In this document: piece after piece, positions 9,992 to 19,698 of the stretch | Position numbering within the stretch: the first letter of the stretch is position 1 | Layout: every line of letters starts with the position of its first letter | Source of the DNA: Candidatus Yanofskybacteria bacterium | GTDB lineage: Bacteria; Patescibacteriota; Minisyncoccia; 2-02-FULL-40-12; IGHO2-01-FULL-4-A | Direction of reading: 5' to 3' | DNA length: 49,298 nucleotides | Assembly (NCBI GenBank): GCA_016185545.1 | Contig: JACPNJ010000002.1 | Span: forward strand, 1-49,298 | The notes under the pieces: model-generated | What the model was told of the DNA's origin: nothing | Databases searched by the model: none | What the model saw: only the letters and a program-made list of their open reading frames with translations | Made by a program: the position numbers and the translations under genes

Positions 9992-12900
9992 CTATTTTAC
10001 AGGTTCGCCGATTACGTGCTTTGATAATGCCTGGCTGCTGATAAGAGTAATATCCTGGAAGCGATAGCCTTTTTGGACTAGAACTTCCGGACTGTTGATC
10101 CATCTAAACTGGTTGTTCTCGAATACATACACCTTCGGATCGTCCGTCAGTTTAACCAACGTACCATTAGGATACGGCAATTTCTCTGTTGTTTGAGTTA
10201 TGTCATTTCCGGCGGCGTAAGTCTCAAGAACTTCATTCGGTAAAACAATAACTTTGCTAAAATCAAAACCGTAAGATTTAAAGATATCAGCCGTGGTAAC
10301 CCAGCGTTTCTTTGTCTCGTGCAGAATGTAAACCTTGGGGCTGTCCAGCGGTTTAATTAGGGATCCGTCTGGTAAAAGTTGCTGGCTGGCAGGATACGGC
10401 AATTTCTCTGTTGTTTGAGTTATGTCATTTCCGGCGGCGTAAGTCTCAAGAACTTCATTCGGTAAAGTAATAACTTTGCTAAAATCAAAACCGTAGGATT
10501 TAAAGATATCAGCCGTGGTAACCCAGCGTTTCTTTGTCTCGTGGAGAATGTAAACTCTGGGACTGTCTAGCGGTTTAATTAGGGATCCGTCTGGTAAAAG
10601 TTGCTGGCTAAGCTGATCTCCCGTTTGATACTTATCCAACTGCTTATCGTCAACTACACCTACATGATTGAAACCAAAGCCCAAAGAATAAAAAGCCGCA
10701 ACAGAGGAAATCGGCCTCTTGATGTTATTCTTACTGTCAATCATGAAGACCGTCGGCGCGCTTTTGCCTTTTAAAAGAAAGGTCTGAATTATGCCGGGGG
10801 TTTCTTTATCCGAAAGCGGTTTGCCGAAAGGATAAGAATCTATGGCTAACGGATTCGGCACTATAACAACTTTAGGCTGGGTACCGGCCAGTCGTTGAAG
10901 CAACTTCCAACTGGGCACCCATCTTTTGGTTCCGCCTTCAATAAGGTAGACGCTTTTATTAAGTATTCCTCTTATCAGGACGCCTGAAGGATAAACAGCC
11001 AAGGAACTACCCACGCCCGGAAGCACCGTACTTTGGAGTTTCGGGGCTACATATCCGGTAGTTTGGGCGATATCAAGCGGTCTGGAAAACTCAGGGAAAG
11101 AAGTGACTCCTTCCTTAGGAACAGCCTTAATCTCTAACGGCTTGGAAAAGTTTTTAGCTAAATCCAGGGCATAAATGTTAAAATAGTAGGTTTTGCCATT
11201 CTGCAAGTTAACGACGATGGATTTTTTGACGTTATCTTCCAATATAGCTTGGCCATCATCGGGAGATAAAGGCTGGTGTTCTGTATTTTGCACGATTAAG
11301 ACACGGACAAAATCTGTATCAGATGGATTGTCCCATTCCAATAAAATCATGCCGTCGGCTTCAACAACTCTGGCAAGTTTAACCGGCTGGGGCGGGATTA
11401 AATCGATAGTGCTGCCTCCGCCACCACCTCCGCCACCACTGCCACCGCCGCCACCGCCGCCACTAATAACCGGGGCCGTGGGCGTAAAGCTTAAGACTGC
11501 GGGGTCAGAAACTATTCCCTGATCGTCATAACTGAAGATAGTATAATAGTAAGTCGTGCCGTTGGTTGTGCCGGTATCAGTGTAAGTCAGGGTTGGCGAG
11601 GCAACCTGGGCAAGGAGCTGAGCGGAATTGGGTGTAGTAAGAAAACCGGTGGTGTTGCGGTAGATACGGGCACCGGCATAAAGCTCGTAGGGTACCCCGT
11701 TATCATCAACGGGTGCTCCCCAGGAAAGGATAACTGAACCGTTTGAGGCGACAAGGTTCGCTATCTTCGGCGGTTTGGCAAGGCGGGCCAGAGTGGCGCT
11801 CACCTGATTGAGGCTCATGACGGTATTGCCCGCGGCATCGGTAGATACGATCTGTATATTGTAAGAAGTTTTACGCAACAGTCCTGCCAAAACCACCTGA
11901 TGGGTATTCGAAAGGGTGGCACTCAGCTGGGAGGCAGAACCATAGGCGGACGAGGTACCATAGTTAACCTTACTGATAGCCGGCTCATTGGTATTCCAGC
12001 TAATCGTGAGATCATAGGGGGAAGGAATGATTTGAATACCGGAAACAACCGGCGGGACAATATCCGCTGGAAGGACCACGCTACTGGTGGTAAAGCTCTG
12101 GTTTGATCCCGAGGCCGAATTTCCTGCGGCATCTCTGGATTTGACTCTGAAATTATAGGTTGTACCCGCGCTAAGACTTGTTAAGGAAACGCTATGGGCA
12201 GTCAGCATCGTTGTATTGAGGACGGTTTGTGAACCATAGGCGGTAGTCAAGCCGTACTCCACCTGGGTATCAGATACTTCATTGGTAGTCCAGTTAATGG
12301 TAACGGCATTGGCAGTGATATTCGAGGTTTGTATATTAGATATGACAGGCGCGGTAATATCCGGCGGAGATAAGGTGGTAAAGGTTAGATCTCCTGATAC
12401 AGCCAGATTACCGGCGGCATCCTTGGATTTCACCCGGTAGTGATAGAGGGTACCGGCAGAAAGGCCGGAAAGTAATTGCAAATGGGAAGTGACCAGACTT
12501 GTGTTCAGGGTTGTTGATGAACCGTAACTTGTAGTGGTACCGTATTCTACTTGCGTATCTGATGCTTCATTGGTAGTCCAGGTAACAGTGGCGCCTGATG
12601 TGGTCAGGGAATTGGCCAGGATATTGCTGATGACAGGGGCAGTGGTATCGGCCGGGGGAAGGGCTACCGTAGTACGGGAGGATACGTTGGAAAGAGGAGA
12701 AATATTGTTTGCTTCATCCAATGTCTTCATAGCAAAATAGTGGAGTACATTGGGCGATAAGCCGATGGCTATGTAGCTCTGGGTAGTATTAGCTATTTGG
12801 GGAGCAGGCAAACCGGATAAAATAAAGGCGGCATTCCAATTAGCATCAGTAATAGGTATTGTCGACCAACGCATTTGATAAGTTGAAGCAGTGCCGACGT

Positions 12901-15900
12901 TATTGTCATCGCCGGGAGCAGACCAGGATAAAGTTATAGATGTCTGGGTAGCGCTGACAGCGTTTAAATTGGTTATTTGGGAGGGAGGCGTGGTATCCGG
13001 AAGACCGGGAGTGGAAAAGGTACTATTGATGGAAACCGAACCGTTGGATTTGACCCGGTAATTGTAAGTAGTCGTCTGATTAAGGCCGGTAAGAGCAACT
13101 GAATGATTGGTCACCAGCGCGGAGTCAAGAATTGTGGCTGAACCGTAACTAACAGTTAAACCGTATTCTACCTGGGAATTGGCTGGAATATCAGTTAGCC
13201 AGGTTATAGTGGCGCCGGAAGAGGTAATGCCGGTAGCTTGGATGTTGGAGATTATGGGAGCCGGTGAAGCAGTAGTAAATGTGCCATCGGAAGAAACAGA
13301 AGTTAAATTACCCGAGTCAGTTGATTCAACTTGATAGTGATAGAGAGTAGAAGAAGTAAGACCGCCCAGAGCAACAGAGTGGTTAGTAACCAAAGTGTTG
13401 TCTACAACTGTAGAAATAGTATAGCTGGACGATAAACCATAATTAATTTTGGAGGTAGACGGTTTGTCCGTCGACCAGGTAATAACGGCAGAATTATTAG
13501 AAATGTTGGATGCTAAAACGGAAGAAATAACGGGTGGTTGTGAAACAGTAACCGTCACTGATGGGGAGGTAGTGCTGTTACCGGCCGCATCCCGCGCGAC
13601 CGCGCTTAGCATATGCGAACCGTTGGTTGTGGTTGTGGTATTCCAGGAGATTGAGAAAGGAGAAAGGGTGACCTCCGTTCCCAAGTTAACTCCGTCTAAT
13701 TTAAACTGGACGCCAACCACGCCCACATTGTCGGAAGCGGTGGCAGAGACAGAAATAGAAGAACCGGAGACAGTTGAGCCGGAGGTGGGAGCAGAGATAA
13801 AGACTGTGGGAACGGTGGTGTCGGGAGTGGGAGGGGGCGGAGGGGAGACAGCTCCAGCCGGCACAATGGCCCAAATGGGATTGTTGTTCAAAGGATTCGG
13901 GCTCACAAGGGTCTGGTTGAGGATATTATCTCTGCACCAGTTCCACGCAGTGCTCCCGCCGGTCTCACCGGCTATTTGAGAACATGCCGCCATCGCTATG
14001 TAAGGATAGCCACCGTCGGCATCTCCCAATAAACGAAAAGATTCGCATGGGGTATTTGTGAACGCCTGACCACCAATGGTATCCCAGCAGTTTGAGTTCT
14101 GTACAGTCGACACGAAACCGGTCTTTAAATCGGAGAAAGTAGTATAAAAGCTATTCGTTAAAGTTTTGATTACAGGAATTTCATAAGCGCCGATTAGATA
14201 AGGATTGTAAGCGGGATCGGTAATCGTGTTGACGATAAATGGACTTGACCATGTAAGCAAGTCGCCGGATTTGAAACCAAGCTGCTTAGAGAAGCCGAGC
14301 GCCCAGGTGACCATATTGTTCATCCAAAATGCCTCGCCGCGCGAAACTTGAGTACCATCCACGGGCCAGTCGGTAAATGGCTCTCCGCTGTTGCCGCGTT
14401 CCCATTGGCGCAATGGTGAGGGGGGCCACGCGGTCCTTACCGTGGTGTTCCCCCAGTTCCACATGGTATTGCCCTGATAACTGGTACCGATAATGTTCCT
14501 TGCGCCTTCCCATGCCGCCAACGTATCGTCCATTAATTGGGAAAAGTAGGTTTTCTCCGGAGTCCCATCGGGAATTATAAAAGCAGAAGCAGCTCTAGTT
14601 CTTAATCCCCATGCCTCTCCTCGAATCTCACAGGCGCCTTGCGCCCAGCCGCAAATTGCGCCAAAGGTTCCATTGGGGCCACGGCTTCCGGAATCACCAC
14701 CGGAGACGGAGCCATCGGGAGAAAATGCGACCCATCCCGACCAGAACATCAGTTCCTCCAGATACCAATGGTCCCCAGTGAGCAGGTACTGAACATAAAA
14801 CGGCTCCGGTAAATGGGACAATTGGGGATTCCAGCCACTGCTTGTATGACTGCCGACAAATCCGATGCTGTCCGCACCAGTCGCTACGCTCCAATTATCA
14901 CCCCTCTGCCCTGCTGATAATGTCGGGCGTTGGCTGATGGACATGACTCGTCCAATGCCGGAAACAGTGCCGGCACGATCCATAGATTTTGCGGAATTGC
15001 CCTCGCGAACATGTACTGGCCAGGCCGCGGCTAAGTCAGCCATGCCTAAAGCTCGATCCTTTAGACAGGGCGCGCTCGCATTACCGGAGCCCATGGCAAA
15101 AATCCATTGAACTGACCACTTTGGAAATGGAGCAATCTCTGGACGACTGCCCGGAGCTCCCATAGACTTTTGCCAGAAATCGCCGGAGTCATACAAATCC
15201 TTCGCAGCAGCATTCCAATTGTTACAAGCCGAAGTAATTGTGGAGTTTGAAACAATTTTAGTCTGGTCATAATTTGGCAAGGATTTGGTGGATAAAACAT
15301 AGGACAAATTATGGTCCATATTGACTGTTGCCGGAGTACCTCCAATCCAGTATGAAACTCCATTCGGCTTAATCCATCTGCTCATGGCTGTTTGAGTGAA
15401 TGTGGCACGACTATAAACTGTGGAGGGGTTGGCAAAACCCACGGTAATAGCCAATGAATAGGATTGATCCTGAAGTACGCCGGTTGTTGAAATTTCTCCA
15501 ATCGCCCGAACAGAAACTTTGTTTATTCCCGGCCAGAATGTCGCTTCAAAACGGGGACGGAAAGACCGGTTAGCGTCACAACCCATATCATACGTTCTTG
15601 CAACAGAATCATCTGCCAAAATAATTGTCTGCACGATCTGCCCCGATGTCCATACTGTGTAGTGGCCGTTTGCCAGCATGGTTCTTGCGGATTTTGTCTG
15701 CGCTCCCAAACCACAGTTAATGGAAATAGTCGCGTCAAAATCAAAGTTAGCGCCAAGCATCTGTGCCTGCGTCAATGGCGTGTTGTTGCCGGAAGTCTGG
15801 TTTTGGAATGTGACGGTGGCATTACTGCCTGCCGTGATGGTCGGCATAAGGAAAGAGATGACGGCATGCTTCACGGAACCGTCAGACCATCTGGTCTTCA

Positions 15901-16027
15901 CATCTGCCTGGGTGGTGACGGCAGTGCCATTCACAAGGGCTTGGGGGAAGTTGGCTATTTCTCCCTGAACAAAGGGGCGGGCAAAGGACACGGGATAGTT
16001 GGTAGAGGTAGAGCCGGAAATAATCAT
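9992..16027 (-). CDS. C-terminal part of a giant surface protein: PcRGLX/YetA-like (polysaccharide lyase-like) region, Ig and Fn3 repeats, Gly linker, five CPR-type C-terminal repeats
   Basis: PVSFARPF...RWSDGSVKHA barrel-like motif; YLLTGDHWYLEEL and RGEAWGLR toroid-like motifs; ATITWTT...QVEYG Fn3 repeats; GxLIK...VYxxxxxxKRW repeats. No signal peptide; the frame stays open upstream to 16306. Confidence 0.8.
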   Translation of the reverse strand: MIISGSTSTNYPVSFARPFVQGEIANFPQALVNGTAVTTQADVKTRWSDGSVKHAVISFLMPTITAGSNATVTFQNQTSGNNTPLTQAQMLGANFDFDATISINCGLGAQTKSARTMLANGHYTVWTSGQIVQTIILADDSVARTYDMGCDANRSFRPRFEATFWPGINKVSVRAIGEISTTGVLQDQSYSLAITVGFANPSTVYSRATFTQTAMSRWIKPNGVSYWIGGTPATVNMDHNLSYVLSTKSLPNYDQTKIVSNSTITSACNNWNAAAKDLYDSGDFWQKSMGAPGSRPEIAPFPKWSVQWIFAMGSGNASAPCLKDRALGMADLAAAWPVHVREGNSAKSMDRAGTVSGIGRVMSISQRPTLSAGQRGDNWSVATGADSIGFVGSHTSSGWNPQLSHLPEPFYVQYLLTGDHWYLEELMFWSGWVAFSPDGSVSGGDSGSRGPNGTFGAICGWAQGACEIRGEAWGLRTRAASAFIIPDGTPEKTYFSQLMDDTLAAWEGARNIIGTSYQGNTMWNWGNTTVRTAWPPSPLRQWERGNSGEPFTDWPVDGTQVSRGEAFWMNNMVTWALGFSKQLGFKSGDLLTWSSPFIVNTITDPAYNPYLIGAYEIPVIKTLTNSFYTTFSDLKTGFVSTVQNSNCWDTIGGQAFTNTPCESFRLLGDADGGYPYIAMAACSQIAGETGGSTAWNWCRDNILNQTLVSPNPLNNNPIWAIVPAGAVSPPPPPTPDTTVPTVFISAPTSGSTVSGSSISVSATASDNVGVVGVQFKLDGVNLGTEVTLSPFSISWNTTTTTNGSHMLSAVARDAAGNSTTSPSVTVTVSQPPVISSVLASNISNNSAVITWSTDKPSTSKINYGLSSSYTISTVVDNTLVTNHSVALGGLTSSTLYHYQVESTDSGNLTSVSSDGTFTTASPAPIISNIQATGITSSGATITWLTDIPANSQVEYGLTVSYGSATILDSALVTNHSVALTGLNQTTTYNYRVKSNGSVSINSTFSTPGLPDTTPPSQITNLNAVSATQTSITLSWSAPGDDNNVGTASTYQMRWSTIPITDANWNAAFILSGLPAPQIANTTQSYIAIGLSPNVLHYFAMKTLDEANNISPLSNVSSRTTVALPPADTTAPVISNILANSLTTSGATVTWTTNEASDTQVEYGTTTSYGSSTTLNTSLVTSHLQLLSGLSAGTLYHYRVKSKDAAGNLAVSGDLTFTTLSPPDITAPVISNIQTSNITANAVTINWTTNEVSDTQVEYGLTTAYGSQTVLNTTMLTAHSVSLTSLSAGTTYNFRVKSRDAAGNSASGSNQSFTTSSVVLPADIVPPVVSGIQIIPSPYDLTISWNTNEPAISKVNYGTSSAYGSASQLSATLSNTHQVVLAGLLRKTSYNIQIVSTDAAGNTVMSLNQVSATLARLAKPPKIANLVASNGSVILSWGAPVDDNGVPYELYAGARIYRNTTGFLTTPNSAQLLAQVASPTLTYTDTGTTNGTTYYYTIFSYDDQGIVSDPAVLSFTPTAPVISGGGGGGGSGGGGGGGGSTIDLIPPQPVKLARVVEADGMILLEWDNPSDTDFVRVLIVQNTEHQPLSPDDGQAILEDNVKKSIVVNLQNGKTYYFNIYALDLAKNFSKPLEIKAVPKEGVTSFPEFSRPLDIAQTTGYVAPKLQSTVLPGVGSSLAVYPSGVLIRGILNKSVYLIEGGTKRWVPSWKLLQRLAGTQPKVVIVPNPLAIDSYPFGKPLSDKETPGIIQTFLLKGKSAPTVFMIDSKNNIKRPISSVAAFYSLGFGFNHVGVVDDKQLDKYQTGDQLSQQLLPDGSLIKPLDSPRVYILHETKKRWVTTADIFKSYGFDFSKVITLPNEVLETYAAGNDITQTTEKLPYPASQQLLPDGSLIKPLDSPKVYILHETKKRWVTTADIFKSYGFDFSKVIVLPNEVLETYAAGNDITQTTEKLPYPNGTLVKLTDDPKVYVFENNQFRWINSPEVLVQKGYRFQDITLISSQALSKHVIGEPVK
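10169..10609. repeat. Near-identical tandem duplication with a 222-bp period (74 aa)
   Basis: 10169-10387 is repeated at 10391-10609 with few substitutions (SQQLLPDGSLIKPLDSP...TTEKLPYP twice). Confidence 0.9.
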
Positions 16028-16262
16028 GCTATTGCCGGCCGCCGGCGGAGGCGACGGAGCCGAAGCCGTGGTGTTAAATGTATTGTCCCCCGACGTTGCC
16101 AGATTGCTTGAGGCGTCTTTTGATTTGACTCGGTAGTGATAGAGAGTGGAAGCAGTAAGGCCGGTAAGATTGGCTGAATGAGCAGCAACGAGCGAGGTAT
16201 TAAGTGCGGTCGAAAAGCCATAACTCGTCGTGGTGCCGTATTCTACTTGGGTATCCGCCGCT

Positions 16263-19200
16263 TCATTTGTCGTCCAGGTTATAGTGGCGCCGGAGGAAGT
16301 TATGGAAGGTTGAGGCGGAAAGTCCTGAAATAGTTTGGGAATGCGCGGTAACAGGGCTTGTATTAAGTATCGTGGAGTTTCCGTACGCAGTGGTCAGGCC
16401 GTACTCTACTTGAGTATCAGAGGATTCATCTGTGGTCCAGGTTATGGTAGCGCCGGAGGAAGTGACGGAAGAGGCGGCGACTGCGGAGATGACGGGGGCG
16501 GTGGTGTCGGGAGGCGGAGGCGTGCTAGCTGTCAACTTAAGAATGAATGAATTTTGATCCGACTCCAGGATAAGCACGAAACATTTACAATCAGCTACAT
16601 AGCGAAAACGGCCCGAGCCTCCATTCGTGTTCGGGCATCCAAAAGAACTTGTCTGACACGTAGCAACCGGGGCCGTACCGCTAACAGTAAGTACTGAACA
16701 AGAAGGCGTTCCTCCGCCATTTGGATTGAAGGTATACACAGTCCGATTAATCGTGTTGTAGCTTACGAAGAGACCTAAATCCGGTTCCCAATCCCACATC
16801 GGGTATGAAATAGTGCCAATCCCATTGCAACCAGCAGGAACCGATGCTGTAATATCTGTAACAGTATAAGAACTCGCTCCCACCGCCGCGTTAATCTTAT
16901 AGAATTTAGGGGTACCAAGATTCAGAACACCGTTGTTTGAGGGGCCAACTGCATAGAATAGATTGTCGACTGGGTCGAATGCCAGAGAGACCTCCAAAGG
17001 AAACGCTACTCCACCTGGACCATCGCCTTTATTCACGCACGAAAAAGAAGAAAGGCTGGTGGTGGTGCAAAGAAACATGGTCCCATTCGAGGGCGCGACC
17101 AACAAGAGTTTACTCTCGTTGGTATGCCAGCGGGCCATCGCGCTCGGAGATTGCCAAAAGCCAGTGCTGGGATTGGCACCAGTAACTGTTGCTTTCGTCC
17201 AGGTTAGGTTAGCAAGGTCGAAGTTCCAAATACTTTTTACCGTGTCGCCACCAGCAGAGCAAATAGAACCTCCGAAACTAGACACCGCCCTCAATGAAGG
17301 AATGTACTCGAATGCATCATAAGTGTGCCGTGCGCCCGGCCCAGTTGTATTAAGCATCGTATCTGTGCATTGCTGTCCTGAATTCCCATTCACGCTGGTC
17401 ACACCATCGTCCATCGTATGTGACGGTTCAGTGATCCTGGTCATAGCTCCAGTCAAAAGCGAGAGTGCGTATACCGAGTTGTCTTTGGAATCCTGGTGTC
17501 CGCCACCCCAAATGACGGCCCTGTTACCAATTACATCGAACGCACCACCTCCATAAGCATCAATCACTTGCGCCGAACTATTTGCGTACACATACCCATT
17601 AAAATCGGGTGGAAAGATTGTCGGAGTTTGTACCAGCTTTGATGTAGCACCAAGGTTCGTCCAACCTATGGGAAAATTGGTCCCCCCTCCGCCGGGAGCA
17701 GTAGTCGTAAACGTAAAGTCGCCTGAAGTCGCCAGGTTTCCGGATGAATCTTTGGATTTAACCCGGTAATGCCAGAGGGTTGAAGCGGTAAGTCCTGAGA
17801 TAGTTTGGGAATGCGCGGTAACAAGACTTGTGTTGAGTACTGAAGGATTTCCATATGCAGTAGTCAAACCGTATTCTACTTGGGTATCTGACGCTTCATT
17901 TGTCGTCCAGGTTATCGTGGCGCCGGAAGAAGTTATGGAAGAGGCGGCGACTGCTGAAATGACGGGGGCGGTGGTGTCGGGAGTAGATGATATTGCCTGC
18001 GTCGTTACACCCACGGAAGCCGACTGTCCGGATTCATTCCCTGACGCGTCACGCGCGGATACAGTATAAGTATACGTTGTGGAAGGGGTAAGGCCGGTGT
18101 TTGAAAAAAAATTAGTTGCGGATGTCGCAATCTCTGACCCATTGCGGAATATCCCGTAGCCCGTCACTCCAACATTGTCCGTGGAAGCGGTCCAGGAGAG
18201 ATTGATTTGGGAAGATGATACGGCAGTGGCGGAGAGGCTGGTGGGGACGGACGGGGCAACGGTGTCGGGAGCAGTAGTCGTAAACGTAAAGTCGCCTGAA
18301 GTCGCCAGGTTTCCGGATGAATCTTTGGATTTAACCCGGTAATGCCAGAGGGTAGAAGCGGAAAGTCCGGAGATAGTTTGGGAATGCGCGGTAACAAGAC
18401 TTGTGTTGAGTACTGAAGGATTTCCATATGCAGTAGTCAAACCGTATTCTACTTGGGTATCTGACGCTTCATTTGTCGTCCAGGTTATAGTGGCGCCGGA
18501 GGAAGTTATGGAAGAGGCGGCAACTGCGGAGATGATGGGGGCGGTGGTGTCAGAAGAGGGAGGCGGAGTGGGAGTCGGCGTTGTTGCGCCAGCAGCCCTG
18601 AAAGACGCCATCTGTACAATCCAGGTTTGGGCGGAATTGTTGAAAGTCACGGAATTGGAACCCGTGCTTAAAACGTTCTTGTCCTCGGAGGCGTTGTTTT
18701 GAATGAAGCTTCTCTGGGTGAAACCGACACCACTTCCTCCCGTACCTTCAAAAAGCGCCGCTCCAAAAATCAGTTCATCCGAAAAATTAGTGATAGCGGC
18801 GCCGCTTGAAGCATCGGCGCTGGTTCCAGTAGCGAAGGCTGTTATATCAAGAGGAGTAGAGAGATCAGCGCCGGAATATTCATGGGCGGTTATGGATTTA
18901 CGGCCGTTAAAGATTCCGGAGAAGGTGGCTGTGACATTGAAGGCTGTGCCACCTACGATATTTTTGGCATACCATATCTCTTGGCTCCAGGATGCCAGTA
19001 CTCCGGACCCGACAGTGGGACCGACGGCTTTCGCGTATGTGTTGCCGGCGGTATCAGTGATACTGCTTACGCTTTGCGTGCTTGAGTTATACCAAACCCA
19101 GACAACCATCAGATTGGAATTGCCGACGGGATTCGTGAAATTAGCGGTTGTTACCGAATTGTTGCTTAAGAGCTCCGATCTTTCTGCCAGCTGGACAAAT

Positions 19201-19319
19201 GTAACGGCCGCATTGGCTTCTCCAATCTGAAAATTATAGACACCGGCGGTAGCGGTTACAATTACCAGTAAACTAAGGAGTGTTTTTTTGATGGTATTTG
19301 AGATATTTGTTTTCTCCAT
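16263..19319 (-). CDS. N-terminal part of the giant secreted Fn3/Kelch-like beta-propeller protein (frameshifted at ~16307)
   Basis: Signal peptide (KKTLLSLLVIVTATAG...ANAA), Fn3 repeats, WGGGH-x-D propeller-like domain. The last 14 aa (FHNFLRRHYNLDDK) are an out-of-frame reading of an Fn3 repeat. Start set at ATG 19319. Confidence 0.8.
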   Translation of the reverse strand: MEKTNISNTIKKTLLSLLVIVTATAGVYNFQIGEANAAVTFVQLAERSELLSNNSVTTANFTNPVGNSNLMVVWVWYNSSTQSVSSITDTAGNTYAKAVGPTVGSGVLASWSQEIWYAKNIVGGTAFNVTATFSGIFNGRKSITAHEYSGADLSTPLDITAFATGTSADASSGAAITNFSDELIFGAALFEGTGGSGVGFTQRSFIQNNASEDKNVLSTGSNSVTFNNSAQTWIVQMASFRAAGATTPTPTPPPSSDTTAPIISAVAASSITSSGATITWTTNEASDTQVEYGLTTAYGNPSVLNTSLVTAHSQTISGLSASTLWHYRVKSKDSSGNLATSGDFTFTTTAPDTVAPSVPTSLSATAVSSSQINLSWTASTDNVGVTGYGIFRNGSEIATSATNFFSNTGLTPSTTYTYTVSARDASGNESGQSASVGVTTQAISSTPDTTAPVISAVAASSITSSGATITWTTNEASDTQVEYGLTTAYGNPSVLNTSLVTAHSQTISGLTASTLWHYRVKSKDSSGNLATSGDFTFTTTAPGGGGTNFPIGWTNLGATSKLVQTPTIFPPDFNGYVYANSSAQVIDAYGGGAFDVIGNRAVIWGGGHQDSKDNSVYALSLLTGAMTRITEPSHTMDDGVTSVNGNSGQQCTDTMLNTTGPGARHTYDAFEYIPSLRAVSSFGGSICSAGGDTVKSIWNFDLANLTWTKATVTGANPSTGFWQSPSAMARWHTNESKLLLVAPSNGTMFLCTTTSLSSFSCVNKGDGPGGVAFPLEVSLAFDPVDNLFYAVGPSNNGVLNLGTPKFYKINAAVGASSYTVTDITASVPAGCNGIGTISYPMWDWEPDLGLFVSYNTINRTVYTFNPNGGGTPSCSVLTVSGTAPVATCQTSSFGCPNTNGGSGRFRYVADCKCFVLILESDQNSFILKLTASTPPPPDTTAPVISAVAASSVTSSGATITWTTDESSDTQVEYGLTTAYGNSTILNTSPVTAHSQTISGLSASTFHNFLRRHYNLDDK

Positions 19320-19431
19320 GGTTAACCGATTCAAATTCTAGTTCTAGTATAGCATGGAAACATAGAGAAAATAACAAAACTGTTGATAATAAATGAGATA
19401 ACCAAACATTTTATTTCAATTAATATCCGAT

Positions 19432-19466
19432 CATAATAAAAGCCCCGTTACGGGGCTTTTATTATG
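19432..19466. terminator. Perfect hairpin, probable terminator
   Basis: cataataaaagccccgt-t-acggggcttttattatg. Confidence 0.75.
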
Positions 19467-19698
19467 GGAAGGGACCAAGTCATCAGTATTTATCCTGTCT
19501 GGTTCATTTAGGTTTGTTTGGTTGTCGTGGACGTTCTAACACTTGGGTATTGGCATTCAAAATCCCTTGTGAAACTATTAATAGGTTTATTAATGTTTTG
19601 ATAAATTTAATAAGTATTTTTTGTCTATGGATATAATTATTATATGGTATAGCCTGATTTTAAATAATTTTTTAATTTAAATGGTGTTGCATGCTTAT

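Noticed and set aside
13449-13979. Long antisense ORFs within the surface genes, fusA, rpoD, rpsL and others
   Set aside because: These are shadow frames of well-supported genes on the opposite strand.
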